From an uncultured virus (IMG/VR IMGVR_UViG_3300021420_000030) (lineage: Duplodnaviria > Heunggongvirae > Uroviricota > Caudoviricetes): a stretch of 20,000 bases of DNA. Below the pieces are notes generated by a model. That model did not search any database. It saw only the letters and a list, made by a program, of their open reading frames with translations, and was not told the origin of the DNA. Below, piece by piece: positions 1 to 8,076 of this stretch. Where the stretch lies: IMG/VR virus record IMGVR_UViG_3300021420_000030. The stretch is one strand, 5' to 3'. A program made the translations under genes and the position numbers. How positions within the stretch are numbered: the stretch's first letter is position 1; every line of letters begins with the position of its first letter.

Positions 1-439
1 CTGCGGCGGAGTCATTACGATCAAACTCCACATGCACTGCAAATCTCTTGGCATACCCAAGTACCTCCCGTTTCATTACCTCAAAACAAGAGAATTCCTG
101 ATCGCTCAAACCGAAAGAGCGAAGCAAAGAGTTGGCGAAAAGGCCCACAACTGGAGACACGGCAAAACCAAAAAGCAGGAAATATTGAGAAAGTCCAAGC
201 CATACATCGCTTGGCGCAATGCGGTATACCTGCGCGATGATTTTACCTGTCAAAAGTGTGGCGCACACAGCGGTCAAGGCAAAGCCGTATACCTTCACGC
301 GCACCATCACCCCGTTCCCTTCAAAATACTCTGGAAGGAATTTGTGAGTGGCAAGCGTACCAAGGAGAGTTTCTTCGATCCCTCGCTCGGCATTACGCTG
401 TGTCGTCCATGTCATAAACAGATGCACTCAGTTCACTGA
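1..439 (+). CDS. HNH endonuclease, 5'-truncated by the window edge, antisense to the capsid gene
   Basis: Motifs WRNAVYLRDDFTCQKCG...LHAHH...GITLCRPCHKQMH (Zn-binding HNH). The frame is open from position 2 (CGGVITIKLH...), so the true start lies upstream of the window. Stop is TGA at 437-439. Confidence 0.85.
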   Translation, partial: CGGVITIKLHMHCKSLGIPKYLPFHYLKTREFLIAQTERAKQRVGEKAHNWRHGKTKKQEILRKSKPYIAWRNAVYLRDDFTCQKCGAHSGQGKAVYLHAHHHPVPFKILWKEFVSGKRTKESFFDPSLGITLCRPCHKQMHSVH

Positions 440-474
440 TTCTGTAGAAATCTGCAAGGGGCTCATTTTACCGA
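1..474 (-). mobile_element. Putative group I intron in the major capsid gene (5' part only)
   Basis: Capsid-like sequence ends at ...QQRFQDTQDPKIGF. The minus strand reads UUGGGU|UCGGUAAAAUGAGCCC: GGGUUC pairs with GAGCCC, giving a U(475).G(462) wobble at the exon end, as in a P1 helix. The catalytic core and 3' exon are not in the window. Confidence 0.6.
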
Positions 475-1204
475 ACCCAATTTTGGGATCCTGTGTATCT
501 TGAAATCTTTGCTGAGTCTGAAATTTTTCCTTGATATAGGAGTATCCCAAATAGGTCGTCACCAGATGGGTGGGTTCCTTATTGGGCCCGAAGGAGCAGT
601 TGCCAAACTGTTCTTCGAGAGTCGGATACTCAATGGTGCCGTTGACGTTCACCGGAGCCGAGTTGATCGCCGTTCCCACCGCGCCACCCCGGGTGATCGT
701 GCCGTAGGTGGTATAGACGTTCCCGTCCCAGGAGTTGGTCGTGTTGTCGTTCAGGGCTTCGGGCAGCCCGTTGATGTTTTTGGTGTAGTTGGCATTCTGG
801 CCGTTCAGGAACGCCGCAATGTCAATGAAGGCCCCCATGGTCATATAGGCATTGGTGGTGCGGGACTGGATCAGCCGGAAGGCCGCATTCTCGCCCTTGT
901 TGATGACCTGGATGTCTTCTTTGGTCAACGTCACGCCCACTTCCATGAACTTGATGTTGAACTGAAGCTGTTGTTCGATCTGGGGTTCGGAGATATCGAA
1001 GTCCTGACCTTTCGCATAAGGACCGCCGATTAAACCGCCGTAGAAAAAATTTTCCCCAATAAATCGTCCGCCATCATAGTCTTCGCGAACACTCTGTTTT
1101 GCTAAAGCCGCGAGAGCGGCCTCTTGGAACACGAGGTCCACGAGCTTTGGCGTTTCTCGGATGTATCGCTTGGTAGCGACATCGATTGCCGTTAATTCAG
1201 CCAA
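428..1204 (-). CDS. Major capsid protein, exon 1 / N-terminal ~244 aa (interrupted near 475)
   Basis: Directly follows the scaffold. AAGGAG RBS with a TTG start. Capsid-like motifs GG-x-x-I, INGL, EPTHLVTT and QQRF...GF. The last 14 codons (GKMSPLQISTESVN) are probably readthrough into the insert. Confidence 0.85.
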   Translation of the reverse strand: MAELTAIDVATKRYIRETPKLVDLVFQEAALAALAKQSVREDYDGGRFIGENFFYGGLIGGPYAKGQDFDISEPQIEQQLQFNIKFMEVGVTLTKEDIQVINKGENAAFRLIQSRTTNAYMTMGAFIDIAAFLNGQNANYTKNINGLPEALNDNTTNSWDGNVYTTYGTITRGGAVGTAINSAPVNVNGTIEYPTLEEQFGNCSFGPNKEPTHLVTTYLGYSYIKEKFQTQQRFQDTQDPKIGFGKMSPLQISTESVN

Positions 1205-1249
1205 TGGTTACTCCTTTGGCGCAATCGATGCTTCAGTGATGGGCAGGGA

Positions 1250-2053
1250 TTACGCCGATTTTGTGGTGTCTTGCCTCAGCCCTTCAAAGAACGCCTCGCG
1301 GGAGTGCCGTTCCTGATCGTTGTCGGTCATCTTCGATATGTCCTCATTCTTATCGAACATGGGCGAAAACATCTTGGACTGATGGTCGGTCGGTACTGCC
1401 TTGCGGGTAAACCCGTCCCGGATGCCTTCCTGATAGCGGGCTTCGATTTTGGCATTCCAGTCGGCTTCTTCCGCTTTCTTGACGTCGGGTTCCACAAACG
1501 ATTTGTAGGCTTGCTTCAAGGAACCACCCCATTCGGGATGCTCCTTCCAGGCCGTCTCAAAGGTTTTCACATCGAGCGGCTTTTTAAACTTGCCCATGTG
1601 GAATTCCCGCACTTCCAGAAGATCCAGAACCGCAGAGTCGCGCCGCGATAAGACATCGTTCAGCGTGGTCTGCATCCGGGCATCCAGCAGTTTCTCCATT
1701 TCTTCCTTGGTCATACCGAGTCCGGTGTCGTTACCGGAGCCTTCTTTTTTCTCCCGGGGATAGGTCTTCCGGTACCAGTCGAGTTCATTGAGTCCGTTGA
1801 CAAACTCGTTGTACTTCTGTTGTTCCTTGTCATACCACTCCCGGTATTCCTGATCCTTCTCGGCCTTGGTCCGATTGCGCACATCATCCAGATCGTGCGA
1901 ATAGTCGGGCAACGGCTTAAAGCCTTCGGAAAAGGCTTTGGCGAACTTTTCGTTCTCAATCACCGAAGTCACCTTCTGCAGGTCATCCCCTTGCAGACCA
2001 GCCTTGGTGGCGAGTTCGTTCCAGTACGCTTTGATATCATTGACTTTCGGCAT
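1250..2053 (-). CDS. Probable capsid scaffolding protein
   Basis: 267 aa, highly charged and helical, immediately upstream of the capsid gene. GGGAGAG RBS. Confidence 0.7.
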   Translation of the reverse strand: MPKVNDIKAYWNELATKAGLQGDDLQKVTSVIENEKFAKAFSEGFKPLPDYSHDLDDVRNRTKAEKDQEYREWYDKEQQKYNEFVNGLNELDWYRKTYPREKKEGSGNDTGLGMTKEEMEKLLDARMQTTLNDVLSRRDSAVLDLLEVREFHMGKFKKPLDVKTFETAWKEHPEWGGSLKQAYKSFVEPDVKKAEEADWNAKIEARYQEGIRDGFTRKAVPTDHQSKMFSPMFDKNEDISKMTDNDQERHSREAFFEGLRQDTTKSA

Positions 2054-2149
2054 CGTTCTCTCCCAGGAACCTGCCTTGCGGCCTAGTTCCCTAATCGATC
2101 GACTCTACTGCACCGTCATGGCGTAGACAGACAAAACGTCCGTGTTTGT

Positions 2150-2527
2150 CTACATCCCGGTCTGTACCGGAGGCGCTGTTGGGGCCGCATTGGCTTGCGG
2201 GGCTTCCAACCCACTGCCCCCGGATCCCGGAGGATTTCCAGAAATCATGTCGGCGACCTGCTGCGGCACCACCTGCTCCAGCCCGGTAATGATCTGTTGG
2301 ATCCCGGGGGCCAGGGTGGGCAGCAACGAGGCCAGCTCCATCAACTTTTGTTTTGCCTGTCCCATCGCCGCCAGTGTCCGCACCGCTGGACTCGACATAT
2401 CGATGGACTGGCTTTTGCCGTCGCTTCCATCGGAAGCCATCGCCATCAGGGATCGTCCCTGACGGGGAGGCTGGGGCGGAGCCCGGTCCAGGCGGGGACG
2501 GGTGCTGTCGTCGGTGGAAATGTCCAC
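2150..2527 (-). CDS. Pro/Gln/Met-rich head-module hypothetical protein
   Basis: 125 aa. GTG start abuts the TAA of the upstream peptide. Low-complexity ends with a helical core. Confidence 0.65.
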   Translation of the reverse strand: MDISTDDSTRPRLDRAPPQPPRQGRSLMAMASDGSDGKSQSIDMSSPAVRTLAAMGQAKQKLMELASLLPTLAPGIQQIITGLEQVVPQQVADMISGNPPGSGGSGLEAPQANAAPTAPPVQTGM

Positions 2528-2647
2528 TTACTTTTTACCGCCGTATCCCTTCTTCGTCGTCATCTGCATGGGCGTGGTCACCAGGCCCTTGGTATTGCTG
2601 TTGGACTTGACGTAGCCTTTCCCTTTGGTTCCCTTCATTCCCGCCAT
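2528..2647 (-). CDS. 39-aa Lys/Gly-rich basic peptide (not in ORF track)
   Basis: MAGMKGTKGKGYVKSNSNTKGLVTTPMQMTTKKGYGGKK. Strong GAGGAG RBS. Stop abuts the next start codon. Confidence 0.7.
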   Translation of the reverse strand: MAGMKGTKGKGYVKSNSNTKGLVTTPMQMTTKKGYGGKK

Positions 2648-2681
2648 AAATCTCCTCGTGGATACATCCACCGCCGACAGA

Positions 2682-2855
2682 TCATCGGCCATACTTTTTG
2701 TTCTTTCGCGACATCCCGGCTTCTTTCAGACTGATCGCGACAGCCTGAGCGCGGTTCTTTACCAGTGGTCCGGTCGATCGACCGGAGTGAAGTTTTCCTT
2801 CTTTGAAGCGTTTCATTTCCTGATGGACACCCGTAGGCCCCTTAGCAACCGGCAT
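2682..2855 (-). CDS. DUF6496-like small basic protein, 57 aa (not in ORF track)
   Basis: MPVAKGPTGVHQEMKRFKEGKLHSGRSTGPLVKNRAQAVAISLKEAGMSRKNKKYGR matches the remembered pattern M-x-E/R-FK-x-G-x-LHSG...V-x-x-R-x-QA-x-AI-x-L-x-EA. TGATG overlap with the upstream gene. Confidence 0.8.
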   Translation of the reverse strand: MPVAKGPTGVHQEMKRFKEGKLHSGRSTGPLVKNRAQAVAISLKEAGMSRKNKKYGR

Positions 2856-3055
2856 CAGCGTTTCGTCGCATTGATTGCGAAGTTGGCTTTCTGTTTCATC
2901 CCCGGTGAGGCGGTGGGCGACTTCATGGTCTGCCGGGCAAAGGATGGCGTAGACATGCCCTTCTGTTTTGCAGCCGATTTGAAGGACCCTATGGTGCCCT
3001 TGGTTTTCATCCGGCCGACGGCATCTTCAATCCATTCGGGGTTTCCTGCCATCAT
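2855..3055 (-). CDS. Small basic phage protein
   Basis: 66 aa with WI..A...KG..GSF...AK..GMS...FA...KQKANFA.N, a pattern I recognise from small uncharacterised phage proteins. Translationally coupled to the next gene. Confidence 0.7.
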   Translation of the reverse strand: MMAGNPEWIEDAVGRMKTKGTIGSFKSAAKQKGMSTPSFARQTMKSPTASPGMKQKANFAINATKR

Positions 3056-3084
3056 CTGCTCCCTGTCGGGTATCTTACATCCGT

Positions 3085-3378
3085 TTATTGAATATACAAG
3101 ACGTGAATCTTCTGACTCACCGTGCCGAAGACGTAGGTCGAGGCCAGATTGACGTTGTGCCCGGCATCGCGGATGGTGATCCCGTTGGTCGGACCGGCGG
3201 TAATGGAGCGGCCATAATCGGTGGCACTGACGGTCGGGCCCCCCACGGTGACCACGGCATTGCCGGTCTCGGATTCAATTTGAACTTCCCTGGCGTTGAT
3301 CGAGGGAGAGCCCACGGCTGGGGTCAGGAGCGCCTGCGCGATACCCGTTAACGTGACCGTCAAATGATGGACTGCCAT
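3085..3378 (-). CDS. Small beta-strand virion protein (decoration/spike-base-like)
   Basis: 97 aa, Thr/Val/Gly-rich. AREVQIESETGNAVVTVG...VNLASTYV resembles 3704..4057. Confidence 0.6.
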   Translation of the reverse strand: MAVHHLTVTLTGIAQALLTPAVGSPSINAREVQIESETGNAVVTVGGPTVSATDYGRSITAGPTNGITIRDAGHNVNLASTYVFGTVSQKIHVLYIQ

Positions 3379-3642
3379 TTAGAATGTCCTCCGAATCCAG
3401 GCGATAAACCGCCGATACCAGGGAACCCGCATCGCCTCTAATTTCTGATCGAGATCCGCAACCATATCCTGAAGCCGGAGGATTTCCTTATAAATATCCA
3501 GAAGCGGCTTCCCCTCTTCCGGGGCCCGAGGGTAGACATTCTTCTCAATCCAATCGGGGATCGACTGAACCCCAATCATCGGTGCCCCAATCACCGGATA
3601 GTCGGTCACGCTCAATACAGGCACGGCATTCGACTTCGCCAT
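3379..3642 (-). CDS. Hypothetical protein with coiled coil and amphipathic basic C-terminus
   Basis: Likely ATG at 3642 (MAKSNAVP...). Heptad-like LLDIYKEILRLQDMVADLDQKLEAM followed by PWYRRFIAWIRRTF. Confidence 0.6.
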   Translation of the reverse strand: MAKSNAVPVLSVTDYPVIGAPMIGVQSIPDWIEKNVYPRAPEEGKPLLDIYKEILRLQDMVADLDQKLEAMRVPWYRRFIAWIRRTF

Positions 3643-3653
3643 AACACTCGATC

Positions 3654-3716
3654 TCAAACAATAAAGAACATTGTTTTGTCAGACAATAAAAAGCATTGTT
3701 TTATCAAACAATAAAA
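3654..3716. repeat. AT-rich 25-bp tandem repeat (about 2.5 copies) with internal palindromes
   Basis: TCAAACAATAAAGAACATTGTTTTG / TCAGACAATAAAAAGCATTGTTTTA / TCAAACAATAAAA, starting at 3654, 3679 and 3704. Confidence 0.85.
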
Positions 3717-4057
3717 CTCACCAGACAACCCTCCCCGCTGACGGAGGCATCAATCCAGAACTGCTGGAGATTCAAGGCCGCCGGAGCCGAGGGGTTTCCC
3801 CCGTTGGCCGAAGGCGGGGTCGCGGTATTCGATGCCGGAGCCCCCAGGATCGCCAGCACCGTTCCCGAAGGATTGGTTCCGGCCACATTCGCCCGCACCG
3901 TATTGTCATAGCCGACCACGATTCTGCCGGTGTTATTCGGCAATGCCTGAATCAAGACCGACTGGGCCGACTTATGGGACGCGATGACATTCACGGGGAC
4001 TCCGGCCGTGACCACGGTGATGATGCTCGATGTTGGGGTGAGTGGGTTCCAGGCCAT
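3704..4057 (-). CDS. Small beta-strand virion protein (decoration/spike-base-like)
   Basis: 117 aa. AQSVLIQALPNNTGRIVVG...LNLQQFWID; probable paralog of 3085..3378. GGAGG RBS. Confidence 0.65.
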   Translation of the reverse strand: MAWNPLTPTSSIITVVTAGVPVNVIASHKSAQSVLIQALPNNTGRIVVGYDNTVRANVAGTNPSGTVLAILGAPASNTATPPSANGGNPSAPAALNLQQFWIDASVSGEGCLVSFIV

Positions 4058-5371
4058 CTATCCTCCTGCCGCCACGTTTCCATCCGAGACCCGCAGGCCA
4101 CGGGAACTTCCCATGTGCAGGGTATTGGCGTCGTCGCTCCCCGTCGCCGGGACATTCGACTGGGACGATACCGCCACAATGGCGGTCTGCCAGTTGATCG
4201 ACGCGGAATAGGTGAAGTGTCCGGTTGCTCCACCGGAGGCCGTCATGCGCTCCCATTCGGCCCAGATGAAGGCCGAGCCGATGGACACGCTGCTGGCGGG
4301 GTCCTGGGCAAAGGTGCCTTGCGCCACGGCTGCCGAAGGACCAGTCTCGTTCTTCGCCCAGGCCACAAGCAAGGAACTAGCCAGCGCCGTGACGCTCGCC
4401 GAGACCACATCGGTTCCAGGAGCCAACGAGCCAGTGATGGCGGAGGCCACGGGTGTTTTGTTACCGGCATTCTGAATGGCCAGAACACTTATCGCCAGAG
4501 GCACCGGGTTATTAAACGATGCCGTCACCGTATAACCTGCCCCCACGATGCTTAACGCCGAATACCAGATTTCCGAGATCAGGTTGAAGGTCGGGTAGTC
4601 GTTTTCGGTGGGGCCTGCCAGACGATGCCAGGCATTGCCGTTGCTGTCGGTAATGGAGGTCACGCTGATCGGTAAAGACAGCCATACGGGATGGTAGGAG
4701 AAGAACCCAAAGGCGAAGTTCGTTCCTGTCGTATTCATCGCCGCTGTGGTGTGGGCCGCCAAGGGGGAGGCATTCTCATAGCGCGTCGTGGCCAGCGGCA
4801 ACGGAATCGTGTCGCTGGAGCCAATATCGCCGCCATTGAAGGACGCAATCACGCTGCCGCCCGAACCATCGGCATCGTAGACGGAGAGGCCAACGGAACC
4901 TGAAGGAAATGACGCTTCACCGGAAACCGTGTAGAGCGTGACCCCGTTGAACTTGACCGTATGATTGTTGCCGGAGGATTCCAGATGCAGGGTGTTGGTC
5001 CCGGCATTGGGAGTCACCGCGCCAGTTCCCAGTTGAGTAAAGGCCAAAGTGCCGGTATCCACGCACTTGTAGAGGATCGCGGCACCGGAAAACTGGATCA
5101 CCACGTAACAGCTGCCATTGGCCTTCGACTGAATCCGAGTCATGCAGCCATACCAGTCGGCGGCGGTCGGTGTCCCGGTGAAGGTGACTTCCGAGAACTG
5201 GGCATTCCCGATCACGGTACCGGTCAGCATCATGCCGGAATTACTGGCCCCGAGAGTGACGAATGCCCCGGTGGATTTCTGGAGCAGTTGCCATGCCCCC
5301 GGCTGAAGCCATGCCCCCAGTTCCAGGAGTGGATTCTCGGTCCCGGTAAATGACGATTGATAGCTCGCCAT
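4058..5371 (-). CDS. Beta-rich virion surface protein with ConA/lectin-like N-terminal domain
   Basis: 437 aa, Ser/Thr/Gly/Ala-rich. NTLHLESSGNNHTVKFNGVTL...FPSGSVGL resembles ConA-like folds. The second domain contains VTSITDSNGNAW...SEIWY. Confidence 0.6.
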   Translation of the reverse strand: MASYQSSFTGTENPLLELGAWLQPGAWQLLQKSTGAFVTLGASNSGMMLTGTVIGNAQFSEVTFTGTPTAADWYGCMTRIQSKANGSCYVVIQFSGAAILYKCVDTGTLAFTQLGTGAVTPNAGTNTLHLESSGNNHTVKFNGVTLYTVSGEASFPSGSVGLSVYDADGSGGSVIASFNGGDIGSSDTIPLPLATTRYENASPLAAHTTAAMNTTGTNFAFGFFSYHPVWLSLPISVTSITDSNGNAWHRLAGPTENDYPTFNLISEIWYSALSIVGAGYTVTASFNNPVPLAISVLAIQNAGNKTPVASAITGSLAPGTDVVSASVTALASSLLVAWAKNETGPSAAVAQGTFAQDPASSVSIGSAFIWAEWERMTASGGATGHFTYSASINWQTAIVAVSSQSNVPATGSDDANTLHMGSSRGLRVSDGNVAAGG

Positions 5372-5373
5372 AG

Positions 5374-7311
5374 CTACGATTCCTTGGTCACGAGACGGGG
5401 AGTAGACTGTCCTGAACTTTTTCTGCCTGTCGGCGAAACTTGCATTCCAAGTCCCATCTGTTGTTCGGCCAGCAGGCGTGCGGTAATCGTATCGGCTCCC
5501 GCTGGCGGGAGTCCCACGTTCCCGACCCCAAGCGTATCCATTAAAGTCCAGTGGTCGACCAGCCCAGCCCGCGAGAGCTGCAGCATCAACATCTTCTTCT
5601 GCATCTCGGAAGCCGCCAGTAACGACCCTGGAGCCACATGAAAGGAGAACTGCCGCAAAAACTCTTTCGAGCGATCCAGGCGCGGCAATGGCCCCCGGTC
5701 GAGGGCCTTTTGATTCACCGTACCATCATCGTTGAAATCTTCGGGATCGACGAAGTCCGGAACCAGGGACCCTGGATCGAAATCGAAATCTTCCTTCGTC
5801 ACGCCACTGGCTCCAAGAATCGTCATGCGGCGGGGAAGCGTATAGAACTGGGCGAAGTTATACGCCATCATCTGGGCATATTCGCGCATGAAGACCTCGA
5901 TGACGCGGGAGCGCATCCGCCAGGTTAACGACATTGCCTCCATCAGCTGTTCGACCGTATCCGGGGAGGGCATTTGTCCCATCTTCATCATGCTGGAGAG
6001 ATCCTGGGAGCCGGACAGTTCCTTAATCTTCGCTTCGTAATACTCGATGCCTTTCCAGAAATCGGCAGGCAGGGGGTCGGGGCCGACAAACTGGAGGCCG
6101 CTTTTTCCGGTCGTGGGATTGACCCGAATGCGTTTCCCGGCCCTTCGGGTATCGATCTTATTGATCCCATGCTCCGAGATCACCGTCTTATCGGCCCAGA
6201 CATCGGGCCGGGCCAATCGTTCACACCAATCGTCATAGACACGAAGGAGACGGTTGAGGGCTTTGTTTAAGGGGAGTAGATCCCAGAGGGGAGCCTTGCC
6301 GAGAAACGACCACGGCACCGGATCCAGTGTCAGCTTGGGATAGGGGTAGAGCCCGTGCCACCAGGGGGAGGGGCCGTCGTAGAAGGGCTCCGGAAGACCG
6401 GAGCAGAAGACGATCATGCGCTTCCGGGGATACAACCGGTCACCCGGAGCGACGGTATAGGACCAGTTGTTCTTCGGCTTTCCGTCTTTATCGAAGGCTC
6501 CCATGTGGACGTCTTTGGAGGATTCGTTCTCCGTCTGGTCATCGACGTAGACGGTGAAAAGATCCGCCATGGGAACGCGGGGGACATCGCGCTGGGAACT
6601 GTCGCCAAAGAGTCGTTGTTTAAACGGGGAATCCCCTAGCTTCTGGAGGAGAGCCCCGACGCGGGTGTTGCGGAGCGAAGCCCCGGAGGCGGTACCGTCG
6701 CGGTCGGCCTGGATGTATTTTAAAAGATCGGGGCGTTCATAGACGACCTTCGCCAGATACCGGAGATGGTTGACCGTGCGGGCTTTGCGGGTGATGACCC
6801 CGTAGCAGTCCTGAATCGATGGGGAAGGGGTGGGCCGGATCGGCAGGACATCGCGGGGATCCCAGGCTTCGGCACGGAAGTCTTCGATGGCGGTATCCCA
6901 GTATGGTTCCAGATAGGAGGTGCCGCAGGAGATGGCGTACTGGACACAATTGAAGAAGGACATATCCATCTGGCGGGTGATCCAGGTATGTTCGGACAAA
7001 TGTCCATAGATCGAGCACTGGTCTTCAAAGCGTTTGTTGTAGGTGCGGTATTCCCAGAAGGGCTTGATGTCGGTCATCCCCGAGGCCATGTCGAAGAAGG
7101 CCTTCGATGTCTGGTTGCATTCGGTACCGGAGAGGGCCGGGGAACGGAGGTCGGAAGAGGTCCCCATAATCGTTTGGACCGCTTCATCTATCTTCGCATA
7201 GCCCACCTGCGATCTCAGGAAATCGTCTGCCTCCTGAGCCGCTTCTTTCACCCATCCGATGACGCGGTACCCGTAGGCTTCTTGTGCGGGAGGTACCCGA
7301 TCCTCGGGCAC
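5374..7311 (-). CDS. Portal protein
   Basis: 645 aa between terminase and scaffold/capsid. Portal-like features: YAISCGTSYLEPYWD, WDPRDVLP, YPYPKL...PWSFLGKAPLWDLLPLNKALNRL, IKELSG. Confidence 0.85.
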   Translation of the reverse strand: MPEDRVPPAQEAYGYRVIGWVKEAAQEADDFLRSQVGYAKIDEAVQTIMGTSSDLRSPALSGTECNQTSKAFFDMASGMTDIKPFWEYRTYNKRFEDQCSIYGHLSEHTWITRQMDMSFFNCVQYAISCGTSYLEPYWDTAIEDFRAEAWDPRDVLPIRPTPSPSIQDCYGVITRKARTVNHLRYLAKVVYERPDLLKYIQADRDGTASGASLRNTRVGALLQKLGDSPFKQRLFGDSSQRDVPRVPMADLFTVYVDDQTENESSKDVHMGAFDKDGKPKNNWSYTVAPGDRLYPRKRMIVFCSGLPEPFYDGPSPWWHGLYPYPKLTLDPVPWSFLGKAPLWDLLPLNKALNRLLRVYDDWCERLARPDVWADKTVISEHGINKIDTRRAGKRIRVNPTTGKSGLQFVGPDPLPADFWKGIEYYEAKIKELSGSQDLSSMMKMGQMPSPDTVEQLMEAMSLTWRMRSRVIEVFMREYAQMMAYNFAQFYTLPRRMTILGASGVTKEDFDFDPGSLVPDFVDPEDFNDDGTVNQKALDRGPLPRLDRSKEFLRQFSFHVAPGSLLAASEMQKKMLMLQLSRAGLVDHWTLMDTLGVGNVGLPPAGADTITARLLAEQQMGLGMQVSPTGRKSSGQSTPRLVTKES

Positions 7312-7679
7312 TACATACTCCCTTTATCGAAGTGACGGCGCTCGTTCACAACGTGGTTGTCTTTCTCGAAGCGGGCGAGGTCGCGGACATTCAGTTCCAC
7401 TTTTTCATAACCGCGTTGACGCAAGCGTTCAGGCACAGGAACGTCACCCCGGCCAGGATACTGAATCGCACCACCTTCTCGAAGAGAGCGGTAGATGGTG
7501 ACGCGTTCCGATGGGTGGGTATTGGGGTCCAGACCCTTTGACCAGTCCGCATAGTACGGCTCCAGTATCCCATGGCAGTCGCAGCGATACGGTCGGCGTG
7601 GATCATCGAAGCGTTCGGGGTCGACCGTCTGGTTATGAATAACGAGCGAACATCGGTTGCAGATGAGATCATGGATCAC
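7311..7679 (-). CDS. FmdB-like zinc-ribbon protein
   Basis: Likely GTG at 7679 gives MIHDLICNRC...YRCDCHGILE. It starts just after the upstream TAA, and its stop overlaps the portal start. Confidence 0.6.
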   Translation of the reverse strand: MIHDLICNRCSLVIHNQTVDPERFDDPRRPYRCDCHGILEPYYADWSKGLDPNTHPSERVTIYRSLREGGAIQYPGRGDVPVPERLRQRGYEKVELNVRDLARFEKDNHVVNERRHFDKGSM

Positions 7680-7683
7680 CACC

Positions 7684-8070
7684 TTAACGGACCCCCGCGT
7701 ATTCTTCGAGCGCACGTTTGACCGTGAAGGCGACGAATTTGTCAAAGGGCATCCCGAAGCAGCGAGATTTGAGGCGATCCAGAAGATAGGGCGAGAGTTC
7801 CACCGTGGCGTCTCCAACCGCTAATGTGAGAGCCCGCTGGACCATGGAGATCAACTCATGGGGTTCGGAGAAGTTCTTACCGAGAAGCTGTTCCAGGCGT
7901 CTGCGGTCTTGATCGTCAATGACGATGGGTTTGACCGAATCCGATTGGGCCAGCTGAGGCAGGCGTTCGGCGATCAGGTACTCGACGGGCTTCTTGGCCG
8001 CTTTCGCCTGTTCATCGAATTTGAGGAAGACATCTTCGGCAACGGGAATCCGCAAGAGGGTGCTGGGCAT
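7684..8070 (-). CDS. Putative DNA-binding protein with repeated ribbon-helix-helix units
   Basis: Three strand-helix-helix-like segments: LLRIPVAEDVFLKFDEQAKAAKKPVEYLIAERL; PIVIDDQDRRRLEQLLG...ELISMVQRAL; TVELSPYLLDRLKSRCFGMPFDKFVAFTVKRALEEY. Confidence 0.55.
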   Translation of the reverse strand: MPSTLLRIPVAEDVFLKFDEQAKAAKKPVEYLIAERLPQLAQSDSVKPIVIDDQDRRRLEQLLGKNFSEPHELISMVQRALTLAVGDATVELSPYLLDRLKSRCFGMPFDKFVAFTVKRALEEYAGVR

Positions 8071-8076
8071 AGCGAC

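Noticed and set aside
3654..3716. Mini CRISPR array
   Set aside because: The units are directly tandem with no unique spacers, and there are no cas genes.
7680..7817. Annotated N-terminal extension of the 168-aa ORF
   Set aside because: It overlaps the RHH gene. The Zn-ribbon pattern starts at the GTG at 7679.
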